Source: Marsupella aquatica (Eukaryota > Plantae > Marchantiophyta). From it: DNA of 64,000 nt. Of the stretch, positions 11,761-24,700 are shown piece by piece. The notes beneath the pieces are model-generated. The model ran no database searches and was not told where the DNA came from. It saw only the letters and a program-made list of their open reading frames with translations. The first letter of the stretch is position 1. Each line of letters starts with the position of its first letter. The DNA lies in the NCBI GenBank assembly GCA_973895155.1, contig OZ316899.1:8063241-8127240 (forward strand). Reading direction: 5' to 3'. Position numbers and translations under genes: made by a program.

Positions 11761-14700
11761 GGGGGATCTGCCTTGTCCGATCATGACCCTGTGATTTTGA
11801 CAATGCGACTCTCTGAGAGGCCTTTGGAGGAAGGGAGAGGTCACTTCAGATTTTTCATGGCTAACCCGGCTCTTCTGAGGAGAGTGGAGGACGTGCGGCT
11901 ATTGGAGGCGGCTTGGATGGAGGATCGGGAAAGATTTGTGGACCCGCACATCCGGTTTGCACGGGCTAGCAGCAGGCTAAGGAGGACCTACATTAAATTG
12001 CAAGCCAAGCCCAGAGAATCTGAGGAGGAGATGGCGTTCTTAAGGGCGCGTTTGAGGACTCTTAAGACGTCTATTCTCGACTCACATTCGGAGAGCCATA
12101 TGGTGGAATACATGGAAGCAAAAGACTCACTACATGCAGCAGAGATAGAAGAAGCTCATAGGGGTCGGCGTCTAGCGCGGGTTAAGTGGCTTGGGGAAGG
12201 AGATGAATCCACCAGATTCTTTTTCGCCACTGTGAAGGCAAAGCGCTCTAGGGAGACCATGTCCTCTCTGACAAAGAGTGACGGTAGCTCTATCACGGAC
12301 CCCCAAAAAATTATAGAAGAAGTGGAAACCTTCTGCACAACACTCTACTCGCCCCCCAGACTATCCCAGGCTGAGAAAGCGGAGCAGTTACTTGCCCGGG
12401 AGCGGCTTCTGTGTCACACTCACTTTGCATTATCAGCCTTAGAAATTGAGAAGATGGATGCACTTCCAACTGCGCTGGCGGTGAAGGAGGTCTTATGGCT
12501 CCTCCCCAAGGACAAGTCCCCTGGACCAGATGGATTGACAGCAGAAGTGTATAGGACGTGCTGGGAGTTCCTTAGCGAGGATCTTGTGGAGATGATCCAG
12601 GCCTTTTGGCTCACGGGAGAGCTTGACCCTGACATCTGCAACGGAATCATCAAGCTCATCCCTAAGAAACCTGAGAAGCGCTATCTGAAAGACTGGCGCC
12701 CACTCACAATGCTGAACACGGTCTATAAGGTAATTGCTAAGATCCTGGCTTTAAGGCTGAAGCCCATCTTGCATAAAATCATCAGCCCACAGCAAACTGG
12801 TTTCATCCCGATGCGGCATATTCTTGAGAACATCTCCCTAGCCTGGCTCACATGTGACTGGATTAATAATAGGAAGTCAGAAGCTCTTTTTCTGAAGCTG
12901 GATTTCAAAAAAGCTTTTGACAGGGTCTGCCATGATTACATTTGGGAATGTATGCACTTGCTAGGAATCAGCGGCCGTTTTATTCTACTGGTGAAAGCCT
13001 TGTTGACGCAACCTTCCTCTAAAATTCTTGTGAATGGACTTCTCTCGGGCCCTATTACTCTCAAACGTGGGGTCAGGCAGGGGTGCCCACTCTCACCGTT
13101 ACTTTTTGTGATCTCCACTCAACCGTTGATGGACTTCTTGGCCGCCGAGATAGAGGAGGCAGACTCAGTGGACTGCAGATCTCAGACGAGCTCACCATTT
13201 GCTACCGACTTTTTGCGGATGACGTGGGTATGTTCATTCCGGCTACTGAGGAGGATTTCGACAATACAACACAGGCATTAGGTTGCTATGAGATGGCCTT
13301 GGGGGTGAAGCTGAACTTGGAGAAGTCTGTGGTGATACCGTTGGCTATGGAGTTGGTGCCAGAGTGGCTCAAGAACACCGGTTGCCATATCAGCAGGCGC
13401 GGTGAGGTTCAAAAATATTTAGGAGCTCCTTTGGGGGTGGGCTTGCTTACGGAACAACTCCACCAATTCTGCCTGGACAGGATTAGTCTGCGGTTGTCGG
13501 CTTGGACAAACAAGCTACTATCATTCACTGGTCGATCACTGCTAGTTAAGCATGTCTTGCAAGCAATTCCCATTTATCATGTAATGTATCTTAAGTCCTC
13601 TGCAGGGCTGGCCAAGAAGCTGACTGCACTATGTCGGGACTTCCTTTGGGGATACAACCCTGCTGGGGGTCGAAAGGTACCGCTGGTGGCATGGGCCAAG
13701 ATGTCTCTCCCAAGAGCTGAAGGGGGACTTGGCTTTAAAGATTTTTGCAGTCACTCTGATGCTTTACTATCACAATGGTTCACTAAGGCTCTGAACTCTC
13801 CTGACCTGGAATGGGCAAGAATGCTGGAGGCCAATTTGGCTTTGATGGGTTGGCGTAACTATAAAGTGATCCGTAGGAACCAATATTCATTCCAGGACAT
13901 GTTGCTACTGTGTTCTCCACGCTCCTTTTGCGGATTGCCATACACTGGGGGGCTTTGGAGGTGCTGGGAGCTGGTGCGGCCCACCTCTCCTTTGTCCCTG
14001 GGAGGTTGGGGACTCCGGCACGTTGGAGTATTCATGACACTCTTCGTTGCCTGCAGGGGTTTAATTCTCTCCCGAATGACGACTTGGTTGGGATTACTGC
14101 TCTTTGTGGGAGACTTGGCTTGAGATCAATCGAGGATGGCTGGTCTAGAGAGGACGTTGGTTGGAGAGACCTGCCACTAAGATGGCAAACAATGAGAGGT
14201 TTCACATCTGAGCACAGGAGACTGGCTCTTGAATTCGTAGAGCTCCTTTGGAGCTCAAGTGCTTGCAGGTTTGACTGCTTCCTCTATGCCAAACAGTGGC
14301 GGTGGGTAGACAAGCCTGAGAATTTGAAGGACTTCAAGATTGCTAATTGCCGCGTCTACCAATTTTTGAGGCCACAAATCTCAGTTTTCTCTCGGTGGAA
14401 CCACATTTGGTCTGTGGCACGCTCTGAGAGCGAATGGGGCTCTGTCTGGTCTCAGCTTTGGAGTTCTGACTTGCCGGCTAGAGGCAAGACGTTTATCTGG
14501 TGCATTCTTGTAGGTGGCCTTTTTACTCATGCGCAGGCACTGCATTTGGAGATGAGCAATGGGGACTGCAAGCTCTGCTGTGGCACGGTGGAGACCATCC
14601 CTCGCCTATTCGTCTTTTGCGTCCATGCTGATTGCTGTTGGCGGTTATGCCAATCATTCCTGTGTGTACTCTATTTGCCGTTTGGGCAGGGTTTGCTGCC

Positions 14701-14764
14701 TTTGCTAGATGTTGCTTTCGGGAAAGACCCTGCCCATGTTGCAAAGCTTTTTTATCTTGTATAA
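11761..14764 (+). pseudogene. LINE ORF2: endonuclease C-terminus, reverse transcriptase, zf-RVT
   Basis: SDHDPV, KSPGPDG, WRPLTMLN, KLDFKKAFDRV, GVRQGCPLSP, LFADD, YLGAPL and CKLC..ET..LF..C. Frameshifts near 13150 and 13975. Confidence 0.93.
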
Positions 14765-15200
14765 GATCTTGTGGTCTATCTGGCTGGGCCGGAACACGCA
14801 CATGTTCTAGGCTGGTGGCAGTAGAGTCTTTGACTTGGGCCTGGTTCTCTCGGAGACGGCTGATAACCTTTATGCGGCTAACCGGGGGCTTCCTCTGGGC
14901 CGGAAAGGTACCCGCATCCTTAGAGCCAAAACATGGATTGATGCCCTTCGTAGGAACTGGATACAACACGGCTGCGGCCGTATCACATCTGGCTTATGAG
15001 CTGCTTGCCGCAGGGGCTACTTTCAGTGCTTCTCTTATTGTATTGGGCCTTTTCACACTGTTGCTTTGGCCCCCATGTGCTTGTTTTCACATTGTTGCTT
15101 TGGTCCCCTTGTTGATTGGGGTCCTGGTTTGTGGCCTGTTTGGCTGTCTGTTTGCCCAGGCCGTGGGGCTTTTTGCGGCCGCCTTTATCTTTATAAAAAA

Positions 15201-16422
15201 TCATTTCAAGGAATTTTTCTGCTTACCATCACCTTCTTCTACGATCTTAATCATGAATCGCGGGTACTCTGACCTTGGGAGCTTCCAGTGCAATGCATGA
15301 GTTACAAACTCCAATCTCTCTTTTATCCTATCATCTGTGCACTGTCGCATTTGATATCCTCTTGTATCATCAACTTCCTTGTGTTGGGGAAACAAAGCCG
15401 GTTGCCATGTTTTCCCCATCCTCTTCTTGATCTCAGCTCCTCTGGTTGGTAATCTGAATAGTTCTCGAAGTGTCCCTTGATCAGTCTTGATTAGTTGTCC
15501 CCTGTAGCTCCCTTGATTCCCTGAAGCTGTCCATGTTGTTATGAACTCGTTGTAATCTTTTGGTTTCAGGTTGGTGATTGTCGCCCATTTTGAATGAACA
15601 AATTCCCCGAGCCCCTGGTTTATCAAGAATTGCTTATGACTGCTACCTCGCATGTTCTCCAATATATGTGGCTCCATCCCTTTGAATTTCAGAACATGTT
15701 TTCCCGTATTGTGATCCTTCTTAACCCCACCTCTTGTTCCCGTACTTTGCCACTGGTTCCTCCTCCTCTTCAGTAGACTCCTCCTCAGTTTTGTCCTCAT
15801 CCGATTCGATCACTCGACTCTGCGCTTTACCCTTACTTCCGTTAATCGTTATAGCACGCCTCAATCCTATCCTTTTGGAAATTGTCATGTCTGGGCTTGG
15901 TGGTGTTGCTTTGCTGATTGCCATGATCTCCACATCCACATCTGCTCCTTTGATCAAATCATCCATTGTGGTCTCCGGTTCTGCTTCTTCAACTCTCTGC
16001 TTGTCCTTGGTCTTCTTCAATAGGCTCCCATCCATGATGGTCGATTTCTCCTTTGAATCATCTTCATCATCCTCCTTCTGCAATTTGACCCGATTACCCC
16101 CTTTTAACAACATTTCTTCTTGCATCCTTGCTTCCAGCAAGTCCGCAGTTTGCTCCTCCTGTATAGCTGTTACCTCCTCCGTTCCTTGTTCTTCAATCAG
16201 TTCCTCACCTTCTTCGTAATCCTCTATTTCTTGTACCATCTCTTCCACTCTTGTGGAACATTCTCCTTCCTCACGGTCCATAGTTCCCGCGCTGAGTTCT
16301 TCCTGTGGAATACTACTTCCCATTTCCGGTGTTTCCAGCAACTCGGCCACTGTCAATTTCTTCATTGGTGTATCGTCTTCAAATGACCCTGATCGTTTGA
16401 GTGTGATCAATTTCATTTTCAC
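15201..16422 (-). pseudogene. Accessory ORF of element D: acidic N-terminus plus the conserved central domain of the LTR-gene family
   Basis: ORFs 15721-16422 and 15201-15800 are joined by a frameshift. QGLGEFVHSKW, EFITTW, LFRLP, GYQMRQC and RLEFVTHALHWKLPRSE align by eye with the LTR-A and LTR-C proteins. Confidence 0.75.
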
Positions 16423-16615
16423 CGGTATTGAATAGCGATTAGCATCAACCCTAATCCACTTGAATCTTAGTTCTCTCTGATAATCGCTCCACTCTGCCGA
16501 TGCTCACAATTTCTTGGTTGGGCATAAATAGGATCTTTGATCAAGCAATGTCCTTATAATTGCCAAGGTCTCTCTTCTTTTTCCCTGTGCCCAATTGCCA
16601 TGTGCTTTTAACAGG

Positions 16616-19600
16616 TGTGATGCCTAGCCAGGAATCACTAGGCCGGTTTACATGGTAAAAGCAGGAGTGTACCCTGGAAACACCTTAGTATAGTAACAAG
16701 ACAAGGAAAATATAAACAATTAAGGGTGACTATGGAACCCGGGCCGAGGCCAAAAGTAAGGACGCCGGGGGAGAGAACACGATTAGGGTTAGGGCGCACT
16801 AAGCGTCGGCGGCTAGGGGTGACCAACGGGAGGGAAGACCAGAGGAGGAGAGGGGTAAGGACCGCTCGCAAGGAATAGTGGCTCATTTGCAAGCACAAAC
16901 TGAGTAGACCACTACGGGAGGCCAAATACTGTAGCTGCTTAGGCAAGCACTCTGGGTGGGAACAAATACCAACGATCGAGTCAAGGAGGGTATGAGCAAC
17001 GTCAATCAAGCGACACATTTTTGGGGATGCTTGTTCGAACGGGCAACTGAGTACATTGGGACTTACGAGGACAAAGAATTGGAGAGAGCAGCTCAAGAAC
17101 GGCAGGAGCTCGCTCGACTGTGGGAGTTGCAGAAGTCTGCCTTCTTAGGAGGAGAACTCATCAAGGCCGAGTTCTTGTGGACTCCTACTGCCAATCAGCT
17201 CGATGACCTTCTGTTTTGCAAAGACAAAATCGTCGGCATTTGGGAAGCCATCAACCGCTGCAACGACGCGCACTGGGAGTTGAAGGGTAGCACGGAAGGG
17301 TGGACAAAGGCAACTGTGTTAGAAGAAACATCCACGACAGCCGAGATGAAGAGGAAAGGAAACAACAACAAAGAGGCCACCCCGGCAAAAAGAACGAGGT
17401 CGGCGGCACCAAGGAAACCAGCAAAGCAGCAGAACAGGAGGCAGGGAGAAGCCAAAGAGGAGGAGGTCGATCCCATCAATGCCATTCCAACAAATGATGA
17501 CACTTGGAAAGGCTGGGCGGCAACCCTACCAGAGGAAGTGCAATTACATTTTGCACGGGAGGAGGATGCATGCTTTACGGCCATGTAGACCAAGAAGTAC
17601 CAGGGCTTCATGGCCGGATCCGGCTTGGAAGCCTTTGTAAGATTACCATGGCTGAAGCCGGAGGTGCCGGACTCAGACTTATTAGAATTCGTGGGATCAT
17701 GGGAACCCGAGACCAATTCCATGAGGGTGTATGGGAAGGATTTCTATCTCACTCCCTGGGTGATTGCCGAGGTGTTTGGCTTGCCGATGGGTAATAAGAC
17801 CAAGGTTGATACCAGGAAGACCTTACCTGACAAGGAGTTCCGGTTGTTCCCAGGACCATCAACGAAGAATGGCTTCTTCCGAAACACCTACACCAACCCG
17901 CACATCGGAGAGATGATCGATTTCTTGCGGGTGACCATGCATTGTAACTTGCCGAGGGCAGAGATCGGCAAGGCTCAGGTCTACCTGGCAAAAAGGCCAG
18001 ACCCAAGCCGGGATTACAACGGGTACCTCCTCAACCAACTGAAGAAAAACTTGAAGGAGGAACAGCAGGTGATCGGCGTGGGAAGCATGTCCCGGCTTGG
18101 CTATCACATGCCGCTGTTGTGCCGGTATGCCAGAAGTCAAATCTTTGTCCCAGTACTTCCCCTATCGGCAAGGGCACCGGAGGAGGTTCCGGAGCAGAGG
18201 CCGGCAACAGAAGAGCCCAACCAGCCTGTCAGTCCTACGATCGAGCAGGTGTTTTGGCCAAGGAAAGAAGACTTGCCGATGCAGCAATCAGGCATGCAGA
18301 ATTTGCTGAAAATGCTGGAGAAGGAGAGAACGGCACCAGCAACGGCAACGGCGCCGGTACAAGACACTGCCCCAGAGGCCGGCCTAAGCCGACTTAGGAG
18401 GGAAAACCCCTTTACCGGAGCAGAGGAGAGAAGGAGGCCGGAACACAAGCCGGGAGTGTGAATGTATGTGGGAGCCTCAAGCCCCGAATCGGAGGCAGAG
18501 CAGCCTAAGGCTCCTTCCCGCGGAGAGCAGAGGGAGAGGACAGCCTAGAACCGAGAGGAGGAACAACGGCCCGTGATCTGTGAGGCCATTTTCACGGCAG
18601 GACCAGGGGAACAGAGGGGGAAGCAGGGAGTCCAAGCAGTGGAGGAGGCGGTGGAGGACTACAGCAATGATAACTCCGGCTATGGGTCGGATCATCATGT
18701 TCCAGGAGTAAGGACCTATGGCCAATTTATCCCCACGCTTCCAAGAGTAGTTTGAGGGGACCCCACCCAACAGAGTAGCCCCGAGTCTCCCCCACCAGAG
18801 GTTGCTCCCCCGAGCTTTGACGGCATAAAACAGACGGCACAAGAATTTCAGGAGCGACTTAGGGAGGAAGAGAAAGCAGCCCTGGCTAGGGAGAAATATT
18901 TACCAGGAGGAGATTGGCCGGAGGACATCAGGCGGCTTGCCAAAAAAAGAAGCAACCCTCTTGCCACCGTAGAAGAAATCCGCAAGGCGGCTTGGGAACA
19001 GAGGCCGAGGTGGTTGATGCCGATGAATTCTACTTACTCCACCTATGCTAAGGATAGAGCCATGGAGTATGGGGAGATGTGTGGGGACCTGGCGCTCAGC
19101 ATCTTTGGGGAGGAGTTGGAGCAGGGACCTTTCGTCCAGAAGGAGAGGTTGGAGAAGCACCGATTAGAAGAAGCGGTGGCTTTGGAGAGAAGCAAGAAGG
19201 ACGAGGTCATTCGGCGGCTTAGGGAGAAGGAAGCCAAGGTGGAAGTCCTGCAAGCGGCCAAGAAAGCCCAAGATGAGTTGCGGATTAAGCGGCATGAGCT
19301 AAACATCATGCAGGGGCAGTTGGATACCGCTTAGTCTGACAATCAGATTATCAAAGATAAACTGACTCGGACCCAAGGAGAGTTGGCCGGCACAGTCAAG
19401 GAAAGAGAGAAATGGAAGCGGGAGCTAAGGGACGTAGAGGAGGCCCACTTAACTGCCAACAACCGGGCCATGGCGGAGACTTAGAGAAGGGAGAGGGCGT
19501 TGAAAGGAGAGCTCGAAGATATCCACGGAGCCCTTGAGTAGAAGGAAGCAGAGTTAGGGAAATCCTATCAAGGGATTATTGCGCTGTAGCAGGAGCTTGC

Positions 19601-21293
19601 GTCCCTGACGACCAGCTTCAAGGCCAACCTGCGTGAAAAGGATGACCAGCTCGACCAGACTTATGCCAAGATGAATAAGATGGAGTCTGTGGTCGTAGCA
19701 GAGCTCGACAAGGAGCTAAGAGCAACCCAGGAGGAGAGGGCTACCTTAAAGAAAGAATTGGAGGAAGCCAAAAAGGAGCTGGAGGCGCGCAAGGACTTGG
19801 ATGAGACCCAGGAGGAGTTGGAGGAAATCATGAGGAAGATGGAGAACCTACAGCGGCGGGCCGACAACCAAACGGAGCGGCTGAAGAAACAAGCCACAGT
19901 ATTTAAATGCTTGGCTTCATCAGGTCCAACTCCAATTGGGGCAACCTAGTTACTAGGGGTAGTATTGGCCGAAGGACAAGCCGAGACACTCACCCCGGTG
20001 CCGGAGGTAAGTGGTAAGGGGAAGGAACCGGCTGTCAAAATAGGGAAGAAGAAGAAGCGGAAACCTTCTAGGTCTGGGAGTTATACGGCTTCTCAAGCCG
20101 TTGTGACCAAGAAGATAAACCCGGCACCAACCTCCGGCATTGGCACGGCGGTGGATCCACCAGTCCTAGGAAGTGGGGATGGCAAGGTCGAGGCCGGGAC
20201 AACCAGTTATGAAGCCGAGGTACCAGATCCTCCACTAGAACATGCCGGGGAGGCCGTGGCCGATGCTGAGGCCAAAGCCGATGGTGGACCCAGTCAGGCC
20301 GATGAAGAGTTGACTCGGTCCGGGGCAGGTAATCTGTCAGAAGACGGACCAATGATAGTGGTTGCGGAGGAGGCGTTGGGGGCATCCATTGAGGACCAGC
20401 CACCGGGGTCGTGACGGTGTAAGGGAGCCGTCCCTTTTAGGGAGGGCGGACGTGGAGGTAGGAGGCGTGAGTGGGCAGGGCAGGCGCTGATCTCCAAGTT
20501 TAGACTAAGGATCAGGATCAGGAGACAGCCCTGACACTTAGATTAGTGGGATTGCGGATCCACGAGTGAGGGCGACACTTGTGCTCCTGCCTTGCTGTAC
20601 ATAGGTAGATTACAGTTAGGTAGATTACAGTAAGTAGATTAGGCGTACGCTGCAAGGAATCAGGCGGATCCACAACCAGGATAAGTACCTAGGCTGTAGG
20701 GAGTTCAGGGCCTCTTCTTTAACAAGTTTCTAGTTGCACCAGCAAGGCTGGGATCAAGTAGTAAGAGAAGCTCTCGGTTAGTTATACAGTGACCCTTGTG
20801 TATATTCATGTTTCCTCATACCTAAGAACTGAATAGAGTTGGCCTCATGGCTTAGTTTGCAGAGCTTGTGTATGAGATGTACTGTTTGTATGGCAAGTGC
20901 ATGGTATAACTCAGTCAGAAGGAGTCATTTTGTTATTTGTGTGTCGCATTAACTTGTGTGAAGAGTGCCCACATCAATGAAGGGAAGTAGCAAGGGAGTG
21001 AGAGATGGATGTGTCAAGCTGAGAGAGATCTTAGCGGCTTAACCAAGCCAAATTGGGGATCATTCCGGTGGCGGAATCCAAACATACCTAATGGAAGACC
21101 AGGTATGTATCTCATGACCCGATGAAGGATCTGTCCAGTATATGTGTGTAAGATGTTAATCGTAGTAGTAGAGGAGATTAGAAGCGTCCCATGCCGCTAA
21201 GCCACGGAAACGGCCTCATCGAGGATCAAACCTGCGGGAATCGGCTTGTGCGGGGGGGTTTCTTGGGTTTGGGGCGCCATGGGAAGAACCACA
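16616..21293 (+). mobile_element. Gypsy solo LTR-C (4678 bp), protein-coding
   Basis: TGTGATG...CCACA termini and TSD ACAGG (16611-16615, 21294-21298). No gag/pol and no internal direct repeats seen. Carries the 3' hairpin motif of LTR-A and LTR-B. Confidence 0.85.
16992..20414 (+). pseudogene. LTR-C embedded accessory gene (about 1100 codons, long coiled coil)
   Basis: ORF chain 16956-17588, 17610-18461, 19014-19334, 19671-19949 and 19965-20414, with stops and frameshifts. The TAG at 17586 is CAG in the second copy. Confidence 0.8.
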
Positions 21294-21358
21294 ACAGGAC
21301 ATGCAACTTTCCCGTTAAATGATTCTCAATACAAGGAATGGCGTTGTGGTTTAGTATG

Positions 21359-21651
21359 TGTAAGAAACCGTCGGCTCCAGACTAGACAGCAATGCGGAAA
21401 ATGAGAGAGACTCACTCAAACGCTACACCGACGAGACACCCTGAGTGGAGAAAACTCCTGAAGGCTCCATAGCAAATGAGAGTACATGTGAAGAATGAGG
21501 GAGAGAGTGCTCTCCCTCCAGCCTATACCCCCCAAGGGGGCCAAGATGAGTGGGCCTAAACTAAGCGAATCTTATCCTAATGTAATCTAGGGTTAACTAA
21601 CCCTAGTAAGGCCAAGCTAACTAAGTCGGGAACTGGAGTCAATTCCTAACA
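21359..21651 (-). repeat. Copia 3' LTR
   Basis: TG...CA ends with adjacent PPT. Differs from the 5' LTR by 4 substitutions and 2 single-base indels, counted by eye. Confidence 0.95.
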
Positions 21652-21718
21652 ATCTCCACCTTGACTCAAGTTCACACTATGAGTCAGGTGATATACAATA
21701 TGTAACTAAGTAACATAT

Positions 21719-24700
21719 CTACATAGTCTCCGGTTTGGCCCTAACATTAATAATATCCACACAATGACTAAAGCTACTGGTAGGTAAAACTTTGGTAAGC
21801 ATGTCTGCCGCATTCTCCTCTGAAGCCACCTTCTCCAAAAACATCTGCTTTGTCTCAATCACCTCACGGATGAAGTGATAACAAATATCAATGTGCTTTG
21901 TCCTGGCATGGAACACAGGGTTCTTAGCCAGATGCAAAGCACTTTGACTGTCGCACAGCAGCACCGGTTTTTCAGGTGAAAGACCCAGATCACTCACCAA
22001 TCTCCGTAGCCAGATCAACTCCTTGGTTGCCTCACATGCAGCCATGTACTCAGCCACAGTAGTAGACAACGCAACACAAGATTGAGTTACCGACTTCCAG
22101 CTGATACAACCTCCACCTAGCATAAACATATAGCCTGTAGTAGACTTTTTGTTATCCAAGTTACCAGCATAATCTAAATCTACAAAACCTTCCAACTCTA
22201 ATGTAGAGTCTGCTTTACCGTCAAATAAGATCCCACAATCTAAGGTACCTTTAAGATACCGCAAAACCCACTTCACTGCTTCCCAGTGAAACTTACCAGG
22301 ATTTGCCATAAATCTGCTCAAAATGCTAACAATGTGGACAATGTCAGGTCTAGTGCATGTCATTGCATACATCAAACTACCCACAACACTATCATAGGGA
22401 ACATGTTTCATCGCCAGTCTATCACTCTCACCAGAAAGACAATCATTCTTTGAGAGTTTAAAGTGGGAGGCCAATGGAGTACAAACTGGTTTTGCATTCT
22501 CCTTTCCATACTTGGCAAGTACCTTCTCCAAATACTGCCTCTGAGACAACCATAATTGCCTTTGCTCCCTGTCACAATGAATCTCCATCCATAGTATCTT
22601 CTTGGCCTGACCCAAGTCCTTCATTGAAAACTCCTTACTCAACATTGCTTTCAGATGAGCAACATCAGACTTATTCTCAGCCAGGATCAGCATGTCATCC
22701 ACGTACAATGCTAGCACAATGTAACCAAAGCGTGAGTAATTTTCCACCTCCTTCATGTAAATACAACAATCATGTTCACTTTGTGTGAACCCCTGAGATA
22801 ATATGAAGGAATCAAAACACTTATTCCATTGTCTGGGACTCTGTTTCAATCCATATAATGAGCGCAAGAGCTTACACACCAAGTGTCTGGTCTTCTCGTC
22901 AATAAAACCTGGAGGCTAAGTCATATAAATCTCCACATCAAGCAATCCATGCAGGGAAAGCAGTAATTACATCCATCTGATCTAACTCAAGATCATAGAA
23001 TGCCACAATCGCAAGTAAAACACGGATAGTAGCGAGTTTGACAACTGGTGAGAAAATCTTTGTGTAGTCCAAGCCCTCCTTCTGGGTGTACCCTTTGGCC
23101 ATAAGGCGTGCCTTGTAAGTGCCATCCTGCTTCTTCTTGTACAACCATCTACACGGAACCAGTGTTTTCCCGCGAGGCATGTCAGTTAAGCGCCAAGTTG
23201 AATTCTTCTTCAAAGAATTCATCTTCTTCAACATTGCCTCCATCCACTTATCCTTCTTTGGAGAGGCCATAGTTTCTTCATAGCTAGAAGGGTCTCCATC
23301 TTCAGTAAGCAAAACAACACCGGAATCATCGTCATGTTCAACAACGTGAACACGAGCATCTGCAAAACCAAATCCATTAGGGGGTTGGCCAAAATTGGCC
23401 CTGGTGGAGCGCCTTGGTTGAGGAATTGCTCCTCTACCAGAGGGGCCAACAACTTCCTCATCACCACCAAGCTCCACCGCAGTGGGTTCCTCCACCTGTT
23501 CCTCCTGAATATCCCGGGGTCTTGATAACCATTCTTCGTCAAAAACAACATTTATGCTCACAACTGCCTTGCAATCGACAGGATCCCACAATTTATAGCC
23601 CTTCTGCCCAGGACTAAAGCCTAGAAAAATACATTTCTTAGACTTGGGATCCAACTTAGACCTGTGTGTCTGCTCAATGTGAACATAGGCAGCACAACCA
23701 AAAACTCGGAGTCTAGAGTAATCAGCAGGTCTCTTATACCACAACTCAAATGGAGTCTGCATCAACTTACTACTATGCGGTGACAGATTGTAGACGTATG
23801 CAGTTTGGTTGACAGCTTCAGCCCAAAAGTTGTTGGGCAACTTGGACTTACATAGCATGTTGCGTGCTTTCTCCAGTAATGTCCGATTCAACCGTTCTGC
23901 AACTCCATTTTGCTGCGGGGTCTTTGGTACAGTGTAATGACGCTTGAGGCCAAGGTCCCAACCAAATTGATCAAACTCATTGGATTTATACTCGCCACCG
24001 TTATTTGACCAAACACACTTCAACTCCTTCCGAGTTTGTAGCTCTACCATGACTTTCCACTCCTTGAAGATCTCAAAGACTTGAGACTTCTCCTTCATGT
24101 AGTACATCCAACACATTCGAGAGTAATCATCTACAAACGTCACAAAATATCTGGCTCCACCCAACGACGACTCCGACGCTGGACCCCAAACATCCGAATG
24201 TACATACTCAAGAATCTCATGAGAATGGTGTGAACTAGAGCTGAAACTCACTCTCCTCTGCTTGCCAAAGATGCAATCTTCATAGAAAGAGAGTTTACCA
24301 GATTGAGCGCCTTGCAACAAATCTCTGTTTGCCAAGGCTGCCAATCCTTTACCACTCAAGTGCCCCAACCATGTATGCCACAAATCTATGGCTTGTGTGC
24401 GACCAGATGTTGAGGGTGCTTCAATTGAAGCAACCAAAGATGATTCTGCGGCAGATGTTGCCGCTGCATCCAAACGTTCCACCACAGAATCCACATGCTC
24501 CATTCTAGGAGCAATGACATCTCCTTCCAAGATATACAAATTATTCTGCCGTAGCGCCTTAATCAAAGATACATCATCTTTGACGACAAAGAGCGCACCA
24601 TCACGTGCAATGAAATGAGATCCACCAGCTTCCAAAGCACCAAGAGAAATCAAGTTCTTAGAGATGTCTGGTATGTGTCTGACTCCCGTCAATGCTTGCA

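Larger units (their letters stand above)
7284..15200 (+). mobile_element. L1-clade LINE, fragmented by Gypsy A, Copia and solo LTR-B
   Basis: ORF1 fragment at 7284-7661, ORF2 from 11761, T-rich 3' UTR ending in a short poly(A) at 15195-15200. Confidence 0.85.

Noticed and set aside
14632-15300. Hydrophobic 222-aa ORF as a membrane or env protein
   Set aside because: It overlaps the LINE ORF2 end and T-rich 3' UTR and crosses the LINE/Gypsy junction, so the hydrophobicity is compositional.
21036-21135. Hammerhead or twister ribozyme in the conserved LTR motif
   Set aside because: I could not fit a CUGANGA/GAAA core or a twister consensus; the motif is kept only as an unknown structure.
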